IMG/VR virus record: IMGVR_UViG_3300011577_000001
Direction: 5' to 3' (one strand)
DNA: 64,000 nt
Origin: a virus
Lineage: Duplodnaviria; Caudoviricetes
In this document: positions 1 through 9,776 of the stretch, piece after piece
How positions within the stretch are numbered: position 1 is the stretch's first letter
Layout of the letters: each line of letters opens with the position of its first letter
Made by a program: the position numbers and the translations under genes
The notes under the pieces: model-generated
The model's database searches: none
The model's input: the letters and a program-made list of their open reading frames with translations, nothing else
What the model was told of the DNA's origin: nothing

Positions 1-855
1 GTTCCCAGCAGTCACCTTCCAACGCATGGTCCCGGTGGAACCACAGTCGCCGTAGTGTACCCGTTGAAGCGTACCGCAACCGAGTTGGAGCTGTCGGTTG
101 AAGTATTCGGAATCCGCCACCGGGTCTTTTGCAGCTTCCAACGCTTTGGATGCCGATCGAGATTCGATCAACGCGTCGTACAGGCTGATCAGACCTTGGG
201 TGTAGTTCCGCATCACCGGATCGTGGAAGATCCGGGAGTCTACGTCAGTCAGGAAGCCCCGCAGAGAAACCACCTGCAACGTCTGACCGATGCTCACCAG
301 CTTAGACTTCACAGCCTTAGCAATTGGGTTGCCGATCAGTTCGTTGGGGTCTTTCAACACCGCCGTCACAGCACGATAAGTTTCATCGATACTCTGTTGG
401 GTCGGTTTCGCATTGGCGTTGGCCGCTGCGATCTTCGGATGCCGGATCACTTGGATGAAGTCAGTAATGCAGATACTGGCTACATGTTTCTCCTGCATCG
501 TCACGGTGTTGTTGTAGATCACCTGCTGCGTGTCGTAGATTGCTCGCGACCACTCTTCGTTGTCGTAGCTGATCCCGTTCGCGTTGCAGTAGTCCACTGC
601 CAAGGAGCGCCCCACGGCCATGAGGTCGTTGAACGTTTCCTTGGTCAGACGGTCATTCCCCATGTGCGACTTCTTGAGATGGGGGATCTGCGGGTAACGG
701 CGGTTGAACAAGGCGCAATACCACACGTAGATCGTGGACTCACGCTCAACCAGAAGGTCACCATCGTCGTATTCGATGATGAACTTGTCGTCCGGGAAGG
801 TCCAGACATCTTCTTCACTCTGCTGGTAAATCTCGCGTGCAGGGTAACGATTCAT
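1..855 (-). CDS. Non-virion RNA polymerase beta'-like subunit (phiKZ gp74-like), truncated by the window edge
   Basis: Not in the ORF track because it runs off the window. The N-terminus translated by hand from ATG 855 (AGGAGG SD) is MNRYPAREIYQQSEEDVWTFPDDKFIIEYDDG, resembling gp74. It follows the gp71/73-like gene as in phiKZ. Confidence 0.85.
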   Translation of the reverse strand, partial: MNRYPAREIYQQSEEDVWTFPDDKFIIEYDDGDLLVERESTIYVWYCALFNRRYPQIPHLKKSHMGNDRLTKETFNDLMAVGRSLAVDYCNANGISYDNEEWSRAIYDTQQVIYNNTVTMQEKHVASICITDFIQVIRHPKIAAANANAKPTQQSIDETYRAVTAVLKDPNELIGNPIAKAVKSKLVSIGQTLQVVSLRGFLTDVDSRIFHDPVMRNYTQGLISLYDALIESRSASKALEAAKDPVADSEYFNRQLQLGCGTLQRVHYGDCGSTGTMRWKVTAGN

Positions 856-865
856 ACTGGCCTCC

Positions 866-3043
866 TTAGGACTCTTCTTTCTTATAGACGAAGCGCATGC
901 CCGCACATTCAAGGATGTGGTTCACGAACACGTTGTTTCGACCATTACCCACCGGGAACTCTTTCCGGTCGATAACTTCCTTGATATCGGTAGGTTTCTC
1001 AGCTCGCATGATGTTTGCCAAGATTTCCTTACCGACGGTCGGGTTGTTGGACTGATCGATGATATCCGCCCACACTTCGCCACCACAGGTCGCCGCACCC
1101 AGACGCACTTCCGCCTCACCAGTCATCCGTACAGGCTGCGCAGCCCCTGGGTAACTGTTCTTGTCAGACTTGGTGATCTTGGCTGGGATACCGTGGTGTT
1201 GCAGTTTCGCTGCCGAAACGCCCGACCAATCGCCACCGGTTTTCTCCAGGACGATGATGTAGGCGCTACCGATCAATACAGGCTCGACGGTAGTGATTTC
1301 CTTGCCGAGGTAACCGATGAACTTAACCGGACCGTATACTGGCGGGAACTCCGCCTGCAACTGTTCGATCATGGTCGGGTAATCGACTGGGTTGTTGTTC
1401 GGCATCCACAGGTAGATCCCGTCCCGTAGAACGGAGAGCACGTGTGGTTCACCGGCGTTCGGATAGTCCGGCTCCATCATCATCTGCACCATCCACGGCG
1501 AGCAGATCTGATAGAAGCGCAGCAACGAACTGTACGCCAGTTGTACTTTCTCTGGGTCCAACCGCACACCAGGTTGTGGTGTTGTGAAGCGCAGCAACGA
1601 TTTAACCTCCTTAGGGACGTCGCTACCATCGCGATTGAAACCGAACAGCTCACGCAGGTTCTTGGTCAGACGGTCTGCCGAGGCGTTGATATACGGCTCG
1701 TACATGCAACCCAGGTTCATCCGCTTGATAACGGAGTAGGGCTCCATGATGATGTCAGCCCGGTTACCCTCAGCATCGACAGGCATCCGGTGGGCTGGCC
1801 ACACTTGGCAGATTACGCCTTTGTTACCGTGACCACCAGAAAGCTTGGCACCATCGGTTGGATGGGTGTCGAACTCAATGGTGATTTCCACCCGCCAATC
1901 GTCAAGCGGTTGCCGTCGATAGGTTTTACTCGCTTGTTGCCCTTGCGAGTTGGGTTTGTTCACATAGCCCAGCGCCTGGAAGATCAGCTCGTGGAACTCA
2001 GGAGTCAACGACAGGTTAGCGCCGTGAGACTTCTTGAGCTTGTAGTACACGTCCAGGATTTTCTGGGAGAACTTCAGGTTCGCCTGATAATACTTGTTCA
2101 TCTGGCGTTCCATACCCACAGGCGTCGGAGGATTCCGGTTGGTATCCTCGTGATACACCTGTACGTCAATGACGCGCGCACCCGGTTGAACATAGGTGAG
2201 TTTGTCGTAGACGTAGTCGACTTCTTGCAGAGCACCCACAGACATCTCTACGGGAGCCAGCAATGGATCGTACGGGCGAGTGGCAAACAGCAGGCCGTCT
2301 GGACGAACGTAGTCGCCAATGTCCGGGAACGGCTTGTACTGACCGGGGTTTTCCTTGTCGTGATACAGATTCAGGAACATGTGTTTCGAACCTGCCGACT
2401 CGGTGTACTTCTTGAAGCCTTTTGCAACGAGGTGAGGGCAGACGTCGTCAGCCACAATCACGCCGTCCTCGATAACCCCCGGCAACGACATGTACGCCAC
2501 CTTGAGTTCACGACCCAAGTTGTAGTTACCGTCTTTGTCATGGTTCGAGGAACGTGCCACCACGGAACCAGCAGGAATGCTAGCACCGGCATAAAGCTTG
2601 GAGGTCACGTCTTTGTTGAACTGGTACTTGAAACCAAAGTACTGGTGTTTGCAGTTAAACCGGGGGACCACCAAGACCCCAATTTCTAGTGTCTCCGCAT
2701 CTTCGTAGATGTAAACAGTTTCAGGGTTTTCAGCAATGGTGTCCACACCAATGGAAAACGGATAGCGTTCGATCTCTGCAATGATGTTCACATTGCGGTC
2801 AAACCTTTTCTCAAAGGTGAAACGACCGAACTCTCGTTCTGTGCCGGTTTGTTGCCGACGGGGTGTTGCTCCCTTAATTACCAGTGCTTGACCGTACTGC
2901 GAGTTGACCATCTGCACACGAGACGAACTGTTGGCGCGCAGGTGAGTAATGATACTACCTTGGCCAGTGATCTCTGGAAACAGTTGGTAATCTGTCGCCA
3001 TCGGGTCCGCGTTCGAATAGTGCGGAATGGGTGTATCGTCCAT
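866..3043 (-). CDS. Non-virion RNA polymerase beta-like subunit (phiKZ gp71-73-like), uninterrupted
   Basis: Beta-subunit motifs SSSRVQM, EDGVIV, GAKLSGGHGNKGVI, KRMNLG, and PVRMTGEAE; 725 aa. Confidence 0.93.
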   Translation of the reverse strand: MDDTPIPHYSNADPMATDYQLFPEITGQGSIITHLRANSSSRVQMVNSQYGQALVIKGATPRRQQTGTEREFGRFTFEKRFDRNVNIIAEIERYPFSIGVDTIAENPETVYIYEDAETLEIGVLVVPRFNCKHQYFGFKYQFNKDVTSKLYAGASIPAGSVVARSSNHDKDGNYNLGRELKVAYMSLPGVIEDGVIVADDVCPHLVAKGFKKYTESAGSKHMFLNLYHDKENPGQYKPFPDIGDYVRPDGLLFATRPYDPLLAPVEMSVGALQEVDYVYDKLTYVQPGARVIDVQVYHEDTNRNPPTPVGMERQMNKYYQANLKFSQKILDVYYKLKKSHGANLSLTPEFHELIFQALGYVNKPNSQGQQASKTYRRQPLDDWRVEITIEFDTHPTDGAKLSGGHGNKGVICQVWPAHRMPVDAEGNRADIIMEPYSVIKRMNLGCMYEPYINASADRLTKNLRELFGFNRDGSDVPKEVKSLLRFTTPQPGVRLDPEKVQLAYSSLLRFYQICSPWMVQMMMEPDYPNAGEPHVLSVLRDGIYLWMPNNNPVDYPTMIEQLQAEFPPVYGPVKFIGYLGKEITTVEPVLIGSAYIIVLEKTGGDWSGVSAAKLQHHGIPAKITKSDKNSYPGAAQPVRMTGEAEVRLGAATCGGEVWADIIDQSNNPTVGKEILANIMRAEKPTDIKEVIDRKEFPVGNGRNNVFVNHILECAGMRFVYKKEES

Positions 3044-3102
3044 AAAACGCTCCTGACAGAGGGAGTTTTGTTACCATTGAAACAGGCGCACGAAGCCTAT
3101 GT

Positions 3103-3135
3103 CCCAATAATAGTATAGGTTTCAAATGATTTTTG
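3103..3135 (-). promoter_or_regulatory. Early (virion RNAP) promoter-like motif
   Basis: Minus strand reads TTTGAAACC-TATACTAT, a variant of the phiKZ early TATATTAC consensus that recurs 13 times in this window. Confidence 0.55.
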
Positions 3136-3154
3136 TTGGATGTGAGGTTTTACT

Positions 3155-3499
3155 ATGGCCATGCCAATTGCCCAGAAAATGATTGACCCTGGAGCGCAGG
3201 TCTATTACGACCCCGCATTCAGGCGCGTGCTCGAAACACATCTAGGTCTACTGCGTAACATGCAGGACACCAAGCCAGTTGAAATCAGTAACGACCTTGC
3301 GTACAAGTACGAATACGATTTCTACGGGTTGCTCCAGGCTAAAAACGTCCCGGAGTATTTACACTGGGTAGTCATGCGGGTTAATGACATGACCGATCCA
3401 CGGGAATACCTGAGTACCATGAACCAGTTCCTCTATCCACCGATTGAAGTCATTGAGAACATCCGTCGGATTTATGCAACCACTGTCAATAAGCTATAA
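3155..3499 (+). CDS. Conserved small protein, LysM/T4 gp53 baseplate-wedge-like
   Basis: 114 aa with YGLL...LHWVVMRVNDMTDP, resembling the gp53/LysM pattern. The start lies within TATG and a terminator follows. Confidence 0.5.
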   Translation: MAMPIAQKMIDPGAQVYYDPAFRRVLETHLGLLRNMQDTKPVEISNDLAYKYEYDFYGLLQAKNVPEYLHWVVMRVNDMTDPREYLSTMNQFLYPPIEVIENIRRIYATTVNKL

Positions 3500-3543
3500 A
3501 AAGAAAAGGGAGGGTTTGACCCCTCCCTTTTCTTTATGCCGTC
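3499..3543. terminator. Bidirectional intrinsic terminator
   Basis: AAGAAAAGGGAGGG-loop-CCCTCCCTTTTCTT between convergent genes, followed by TATGCCG. Confidence 0.85.
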
Positions 3544-3546
3544 AGG

Positions 3547-4896
3547 TCAGATCCCGTTAGGGAACATGACCTGTTGCTGCTGACCGAAGAGACCCGGAGT
3601 CGGTTGACCACGGAAGCTGTTCTGGTTGTTGAAGAAGCTGTTCGCCTGCGGCTGTGCGTAGCCACCACGAGACACCTGCACAGGTGGGTGGAAGGCTTGC
3701 GGCTGCTGGTTGAACAGACCGGGCTGAGCGAAACGATTCGCCTGCTGGAACGCGGCGTTTTGTTGTTGCAGCGCTGGGGACTTGGCGAGCAGCTCTTTCC
3801 ACGAACCCTGGGCTGGTGCTTGCTCTTGCTGAGCAGTGACCGGTTGCTGGCTGAACGGTGGATCGAACGGAATGTCGCTGTTGCTCTGTTGCGGGAACGG
3901 AGTAGGAGCAGCGGATTCACGCTCAACCACAGCTTGAGCCAGGCGATTCACGTTGGCCTTCGGAGCACCGGTGACACCACCGAGTGCAGCCTTGATGCCT
4001 TCGTGACCGTCACCTACATCACCCTCGTTGCCAGCCAGCGACGGAATCAGGTCGCGGTACTGGGCCAGATCGTCGATGTGATCGGCGAAGGACAGGTCGA
4101 TGTGCAGTTCGTCTGGATTGTCCAGGTGTTTGCGGAACAGGTGAGTAACCTTGTTCAGCTTCTTGGCGATCTTGACGAACGAACTCAGCAGCGCGTGCAG
4201 GTTCGGAGCGGCCAGGCTGTTGCTGCCGAACGAGTAGGCTTCTGCGACGTCCGCATCCGGGAGGATGTAGTTGAACAGCGCGAGGATTGCCTTCTTGTTC
4301 TTGAGCGACCCCATGTTGACTTCGTAGGCTTTGGTGCCTTCGGATTTCAACTGCTCGATCAGTGGGAAGTCCACGACCGCCACACGCTGGTAGCTTTTAC
4401 CTTTGTAGTGACCACCACGCTTGATGAACAGCGACATCAGGCGACGTTCGCCGTCGATCGAGATCACGTCCATCAGGTTGTTGAGCTTCTTGAGGGTGTC
4501 AGCGTTGACCGAACCGATCAGCGACAAGAACTCCGACTGGGTCGGAGACAGCTTCTTGTGGTAGTCGGTATCGACAGCCATACCCATCAGGTCGGTCAGC
4601 AGGCAGGAAGCCACGGTGGTGATACGAGCCATCACCGCCACTTTCAGCTTACGGATCATCGGGGACTCGCCCCGAATGATCGCTTCGGACATGGGGTGGA
4701 ACGCGATGGTGTTCTCCCAGTCCGGGTTCTGGAGTACCGAAGGTGCCGGGAAGACAATGCGCTTCCCGTTACACATGGCCGGGACTTTCTCGCCGCCGAT
4801 TACGTAGCTGACGAGATTGTCGTCGCCGACCACGAAGTTGTTCGCAGCCAGGATGGCGCGATACAGTTCGAGGATGGTCATAGTTTTCCTTCCCAT
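3547..4896 (-). CDS. phiKZ gp70-like core protein with Q/N/F-rich disordered C-terminal tail
   Basis: 449 aa, syntenic between picA and the gp71-73-like gene. The tail contains GLFNQQ and GLFGQQQQ. Confidence 0.7.
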   Translation of the reverse strand: MGRKTMTILELYRAILAANNFVVGDDNLVSYVIGGEKVPAMCNGKRIVFPAPSVLQNPDWENTIAFHPMSEAIIRGESPMIRKLKVAVMARITTVASCLLTDLMGMAVDTDYHKKLSPTQSEFLSLIGSVNADTLKKLNNLMDVISIDGERRLMSLFIKRGGHYKGKSYQRVAVVDFPLIEQLKSEGTKAYEVNMGSLKNKKAILALFNYILPDADVAEAYSFGSNSLAAPNLHALLSSFVKIAKKLNKVTHLFRKHLDNPDELHIDLSFADHIDDLAQYRDLIPSLAGNEGDVGDGHEGIKAALGGVTGAPKANVNRLAQAVVERESAAPTPFPQQSNSDIPFDPPFSQQPVTAQQEQAPAQGSWKELLAKSPALQQQNAAFQQANRFAQPGLFNQQPQAFHPPVQVSRGGYAQPQANSFFNNQNSFRGQPTPGLFGQQQQVMFPNGI

Positions 4897-6371
4897 GGGT
4901 TATGTTGATGACCCGACATCGGATCGTTGAATTGCGGCTGCTGGACAGGCACCTGAACATTGTAGTTCTGTGGAGTCTGCGGCGCGTGGTGTTGAATGTC
5001 CAGGTTGCGGGCGATCGTTTCGAAATCGCTCACCAGACCGAACACGTGCTCTTTGTTGTACGACAGGACCGGAGCGAACAGGGCCGAGGCACAGGTCGGT
5101 GCGCAGTAGTCCTGAGCAGGACCGCCTTGCATGCTGACTTTTACCCAAGTTTCGCCGTGCATGTCCACCATACCAGTCAAGCTGAACTTGATCTGGCTGT
5201 TGTGAGACAGGCCGCGCAGCACCGAGCCGATCAAGCGTTGCTTGAACATTTCGATGTAGCGAGTCATGTCGAACGCTGCGAAGGCGTGGTAGTCTTTGAC
5301 GTCCACGATGTACTCACCGCCGAAGGTGTCGTTAGTAGCTACGAACACCACGCCAGTCAGGAACAGATCCGACATCAGAGCCGGTACCTGAGTGGCTACA
5401 GCGATTGCTGCCAGGGTTTCCCCGTTGGCCGCGTTCCAGTTCGCAGTCGAACCACGGTTGTGCAGCGCATGAGCAAACTGCGACTGACCGCCTGCTACCG
5501 CCGTGACGTTGTCCAGACCCGGAGAGATGCTGCACAGCGCACCGTAAGTGATGCTGCCATCCTCGTTGAAGTTCAGCGTCTTACAGATCGCATGGAACAG
5601 CGGGTCTTCGGTAATCACGCCTTCTGCCACGTTACCGATGGCGTACTGCATGGCGTCTGGCATGGTGGACTGCCCACCCATACCGTTGACCACCGAGTCA
5701 CGGAAGTTCGACATCACCGAAGCCGCGTAGTGGTTCGGGATCTCGTTCACCAGCTTCGACTTCTTCGGCAACTGGTCAGCAAAGACCAAGCGACCGTCAG
5801 CGTAGTGAGCGCCGCCAGTTTGCGACGAGACTTCCAGTACCGAGAAGATGTCTTCTGGACGGATAGCCATTGCCACGTTTTCTTGGCTGGCGTTGAAGCT
5901 TGGGTTGTACGCACCGAACAACAGGTGGCTGGAATCGATGACGTTGGTACGCTCACCCAGGTGCTGGATGGTGACCGACTTGTCGAAGTACAGCTTGAGG
6001 TTCGGATCGATCACGGTGTTCTGGCTGTCCACACGGTGGTAGCCAGGGTAGTCGGTGTAGCCCGACACGTAGGTGATCAGGTTAGCGCCCATGGCGCGGG
6101 AATGTACTTCCATCATGAAACGCAGGCGCTGCTCACCAAACCCGTTGGCGATTTGTACTTGCGTATAGATGTCAGCACTCGGCTTGAGCATCATGCCACC
6201 CAGACCGGACAACGTACCTGCGTTGATCTGACGTCCGTTACGGGTGCTCTCCTGCAACATCGACAGCACTTGGCTGTCCACGTTGTCGCCCATGTAGTAC
6301 GGACGCAGGTACTGGTCGTTGTACGTGCCGGTCGGCGTGAACAACAACTTAGCGATTTGGAAATTGGACAT
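4878..6371 (-). CDS. picA: Phage-nucleus protein import factor PicA/Imp1 (phiKZ gp69-like)
   Basis: 497 aa, directly downstream of the gp68-like gene. Segments NGFGEQRLRF, SSHLLFG and IRPEDI resemble gp69 as I recall it. Confidence 0.75.
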   Translation of the reverse strand: MSNFQIAKLLFTPTGTYNDQYLRPYYMGDNVDSQVLSMLQESTRNGRQINAGTLSGLGGMMLKPSADIYTQVQIANGFGEQRLRFMMEVHSRAMGANLITYVSGYTDYPGYHRVDSQNTVIDPNLKLYFDKSVTIQHLGERTNVIDSSHLLFGAYNPSFNASQENVAMAIRPEDIFSVLEVSSQTGGAHYADGRLVFADQLPKKSKLVNEIPNHYAASVMSNFRDSVVNGMGGQSTMPDAMQYAIGNVAEGVITEDPLFHAICKTLNFNEDGSITYGALCSISPGLDNVTAVAGGQSQFAHALHNRGSTANWNAANGETLAAIAVATQVPALMSDLFLTGVVFVATNDTFGGEYIVDVKDYHAFAAFDMTRYIEMFKQRLIGSVLRGLSHNSQIKFSLTGMVDMHGETWVKVSMQGGPAQDYCAPTCASALFAPVLSYNKEHVFGLVSDFETIARNLDIQHHAPQTPQNYNVQVPVQQPQFNDPMSGHQHNPWEGKL

Positions 6372-6406
6372 CTTCGTATTTGACCTTCTGAGTCAGTGAG
6401 TTTAGA

Positions 6407-7936
6407 TTAGGCCGGGATACGCTCAATGATCAAGCGCGCCAACTGATTTTTGATTTCAGCAGGCAGGACCATATCGCCATTGACAATGTAGCGGGAGAGT
6501 TCCGGGAGCAGTTCCTGAGGCAGGTTCAGACTCCAGTAGTTCTTCGACATCTCGCTGACCAACATGTTGATCGCTTTGATAGCCACATTGTTTTGCCGGT
6601 CGTTTTGACCAGCGTTCGCTTTCCCGCCTTGGCGTTGAGCGTATGGATAACGCTCCAACAGTGCCGCAACGTGATCACGAGAGACACGCGCACGGTAATC
6701 GTTGTTACCCAACGAGTACTCATCAGCCAGCACGACAGGCTGTGCGCTCATCAAGGCTGCGAGTTCCTTGAAGTCCCAATGCCACAGCAGCGCTTGGGTT
6801 ACACCCATGGTGCGCAGCAAGGCAGGTTTGTTCAGGCTTGGGATTGCCCGGGCTGACAGGGATTTCGACATCACCCACTGACACAGGGTCATGTGGTGTT
6901 GCTCAATGCGCATCCCCGACATCCTCGTGAGAATTCCCACGAAACCTTCTACCAGTTCTGATGGGATCGTCGGATCGACCTTCCGCGCCATACCAAGGTA
7001 GTTCTCCGTATAAACAGACAACATCACGATGTCGCCGTTGGAGACTTCCTGTTTGATCTTGTAGTTCTCTGCCGAGGAAATGTTATCTTCCTCAGTTTCC
7101 CGGGACTTGTTGGTCTTCGGGATGATCGCGCCGTCTTTCCAGAAGTTACGATCCAGCGAACGCAAGCTGGTGTCGATCGTGTGGTACACGTTCGAGATCA
7201 CGCTGCAATTGTTATCTTCAACGGTGACTTCACCGATGCAGACTTTGCGCACGATCACTTTCGCCAACAGCCAGGTAGGCAGGGCTTCGGAACCCAGTGC
7301 CTTGTAAACCGCCCCGTTCGAAACTTTCTCGGCTTGAGCGTACGGTTCAATGTACACCCGCAGTCTTTCCATCGCTGGAGTTTCGTACAGCCACGATTTA
7401 CCGATCAAGCCCAGAGTGTGGAACTCTTTCAAGTTGTTGCCAACCTGAGGCAAGATCACTTCGGCGTATTCACCGAAGATTGGGACCATTGCATTCAAAG
7501 CCACCGACATGATGGCCATGCTGTAATAGTCATCCCGCAGGTACGTTTTCTCCCACGGTTTGTCGTCATACTCCGTTTTGGTGGTGGTGGGCATGTAGAT
7601 CTTTCCGTACATGCGGATGTAGTTCGTAACCCCTTCCAAGCTGATGAGCTTGTAAAGATCACGGACCAACGCCATGATGCGCATCTTCATGCGCGACATT
7701 TCCGCAACGGATTTGATCACCTCGTGGATCTGACAGTAGATCTGCCAGATTTCGAACTGCTTCTCGTGGGGCAACGAGGCAAAGAATGCGTTGATCTGCA
7801 AAAACAGACTCGGCAAATCTTTGAAGTTGTTCCGACGATACAGAATCGAAACGCTCCAGTCCAACGACTCAAGTCCGTGCACGATACGGATTGTAGTGAG
7901 TTCATTGGGCTTCTCACTAGCATTTAGAATTTGCAT
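6407..7936 (-). CDS. Non-virion RNAP promoter-specificity (sigma-like) subunit (phiKZ gp68-like)
   Basis: 509 aa helical protein with TYLRDDY, PIFGEY and ENYKIKQEVS; canonical position between chmC and picA. Confidence 0.78.
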   Translation of the reverse strand: MQILNASEKPNELTTIRIVHGLESLDWSVSILYRRNNFKDLPSLFLQINAFFASLPHEKQFEIWQIYCQIHEVIKSVAEMSRMKMRIMALVRDLYKLISLEGVTNYIRMYGKIYMPTTTKTEYDDKPWEKTYLRDDYYSMAIMSVALNAMVPIFGEYAEVILPQVGNNLKEFHTLGLIGKSWLYETPAMERLRVYIEPYAQAEKVSNGAVYKALGSEALPTWLLAKVIVRKVCIGEVTVEDNNCSVISNVYHTIDTSLRSLDRNFWKDGAIIPKTNKSRETEEDNISSAENYKIKQEVSNGDIVMLSVYTENYLGMARKVDPTIPSELVEGFVGILTRMSGMRIEQHHMTLCQWVMSKSLSARAIPSLNKPALLRTMGVTQALLWHWDFKELAALMSAQPVVLADEYSLGNNDYRARVSRDHVAALLERYPYAQRQGGKANAGQNDRQNNVAIKAINMLVSEMSKNYWSLNLPQELLPELSRYIVNGDMVLPAEIKNQLARLIIERIPA

Positions 7937-7960
7937 ACAAGCTTCCTAGTCGAAGTACTG

Positions 7961-7990
7961 CACTTGGATGATATATACTTCAAAAATCTT
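7961..7990 (-). promoter_or_regulatory. Early promoter motif
   Basis: Minus strand reads TTTTTGAAGTA-TATATCAT-CCAAGTG upstream of the gp68-like gene. Confidence 0.7.
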
Positions 7991-8094
7991 CGTGTCGACT
8001 TTTCTCAAGCGACACATAGCCCTTCGATTCAGGACAAGTTACCTAAGAGAAAGGAGTGGATCGTATTGATCCACTCCTTTCTCTCTTTATGGGT

Positions 8095-8862
8095 TTACAT
8101 CGGGAAATCGTCGTCGCCGAAGGAATCAGCGCCGCCACCGGTACCAGCACCATCACCGCCCCAATCGTTGTTGCGCTGGCCACCGCCACCGCCGCCACCA
8201 TTGTTGTTACGGTTGTAGTTGTTACCGCCGCCACCACCGTTACCGCCACGGTTGTAGTTGTTGCCACCGCCGTTGTTGTCTTTCGGCTTCGGCTCGGTGT
8301 AGTTGACGGCAGCCACAGCAGCCATCATGTTTTCCAGCATGTTCGCGTAACCAGCCAAGAAGTAGTTGGACGCTTCACGCTTGTTCATCGGCTCGCCGTT
8401 CACGTCGATCATGACGTGGTAGTTGGTCGGCAGCATGTTGAACTTGAGGTACGGACGATCTTTGGCCACGCAGGCCAGGAACAGCACGCCGTCTTTGTCG
8501 CGACCGACCAGAGTGGTCGAGATCAGCTTCGGCTCGGCCGAGCGCTCACCGCCGAAGAAGACGTGGTTCAGGTTTTGCAGCTTGAGGACTTGGTTGTCGT
8601 CGAGGGTGATCGCTTTACGCATCATCTCGATCAACAGGTAGAACGTCGGCATGTCCATGGCGCCACGGATGTTGCCGTTGTTCTTGTCGTTCGGGACGTT
8701 GGTGTAAACGTCGATGCGCGGGTTGTTCGCTACCAACGAGATTGCCCAGGAACCCGGCTTGGTCGCACCTTGCACGGGTGGGCACGACAGGCGCAGTTTG
8801 AATTCGTCCAGGGCATTCTTCGGACGGGGTGGTGCTTGGAAACGACCTTGTTGACCAGCCAT
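8095..8862 (-). CDS. chmC: ChmC/Imp6 nuclear-shell-associated RNA-binding protein (phiKZ gp67-like)
   Basis: Start moved to ATG 8862 (GGAG SD). Globular N-domain, then an N/G-rich disordered tail and acidic end (DDDFPM); syntenic upstream of the gp68-like gene. Confidence 0.75.
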   Translation of the reverse strand: MAGQQGRFQAPPRPKNALDEFKLRLSCPPVQGATKPGSWAISLVANNPRIDVYTNVPNDKNNGNIRGAMDMPTFYLLIEMMRKAITLDDNQVLKLQNLNHVFFGGERSAEPKLISTTLVGRDKDGVLFLACVAKDRPYLKFNMLPTNYHVMIDVNGEPMNKREASNYFLAGYANMLENMMAAVAAVNYTEPKPKDNNGGGNNYNRGGNGGGGGNNYNRNNNGGGGGGGQRNNDWGGDGAGTGGGADSFGDDDFPM

Positions 8863-8924
8863 TGTGAATCTCCAACTTGCGTACAAATGATGAGTGATCG
8901 CTGTAAACAGTTACAGTGACCTAT

Positions 8925-9776
8925 TTAAAACATCGACAACAGGATCGCTTTGAAGGTTGGATGCAGTGGTTCCGCTTGGATGTCCATCCGCATCTTGTCC
9001 AACGTGGTGGTGGGATTCCACCGCCGCGCTTCCGCTAACTCGATGATTTGTTTCTTTTCCTTCATCGGGAAGGTGTTGAAGTGAACGCCGTCACCAAAGA
9101 ACTGGAGGGTTACATGGTTGAACGGCATCCGCGACAATTCTTTACCGCCTGTGAGCTTTGAGTTCCAGGAGGTGTATGCCTTGATCTTACCCGTGTGGGA
9201 CTCCAGTAACCGAAGGCGGGAGAACTGATACCGAGACAATAAGTCAATCGGCATGTGGGTAATGATCAGTGCATCATCGGGATTTTGCGGCAGCTTCATG
9301 TCGCTTTGCATTACCACCATGTCCAAGTGCATCTCAGGGATACGACTTAGAACGTTGCGCTCAAGTTCAGCATTGAACAACTGCTTCTCGGTTTTGGGTT
9401 CCCGAATGAAGCAGTTCTTGTATTGCGACTTAAGGCTTTGGTACGACTGAACGTACGGTACCAATTTACAGCGACGCTGCGTGTTCATCTGAACGGCTGA
9501 GGCAAGGATTCTCAACTCAGCCGTCAAGGCGTCAAGCAGTGGATCAGGGAAGACTTTATCCTGATCTTGGGTTGGGATTGCTCCCATGATGTTACGGATC
9601 AGCGTGCGCAGGTTAACCCAAAGCGCAGTAGCCGATTGTAGCGGCGGCTTGGCCTTGTGCTCTGGGTGGTCTTCTGAGATCCCCATCGCACTTTCCAAAG
9701 CCAAGGCTGTTGCAATGGAAACGGGTACTTGCGTACCCATCTCACGATTACCCAGTACTTGGTAGTAGCGATCCAT
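8925..9776 (-). CDS. Conserved core protein (phiKZ gp66-like), possibly a PIN/5'-nuclease-like fold
   Basis: 283 aa with LWVNLRTLIRN, THMPIDLL, LLESHTG and QFFGD; between sbcD and chmC. The function is inferred only. Confidence 0.6.
   Translation of the reverse strand: MDRYYQVLGNREMGTQVPVSIATALALESAMGISEDHPEHKAKPPLQSATALWVNLRTLIRNIMGAIPTQDQDKVFPDPLLDALTAELRILASAVQMNTQRRCKLVPYVQSYQSLKSQYKNCFIREPKTEKQLFNAELERNVLSRIPEMHLDMVVMQSDMKLPQNPDDALIITHMPIDLLSRYQFSRLRLLESHTGKIKAYTSWNSKLTGGKELSRMPFNHVTLQFFGDGVHFNTFPMKEKKQIIELAEARRWNPTTTLDKMRMDIQAEPLHPTFKAILLSMF

Noticed and set aside
8150-8280. CCGCCA/GTT repeats as a DNA repeat or CRISPR array
   Set aside because: They encode the Gly/Asn-rich ChmC tail. 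No repeat-spacer periodicity was seen anywhere in the window.
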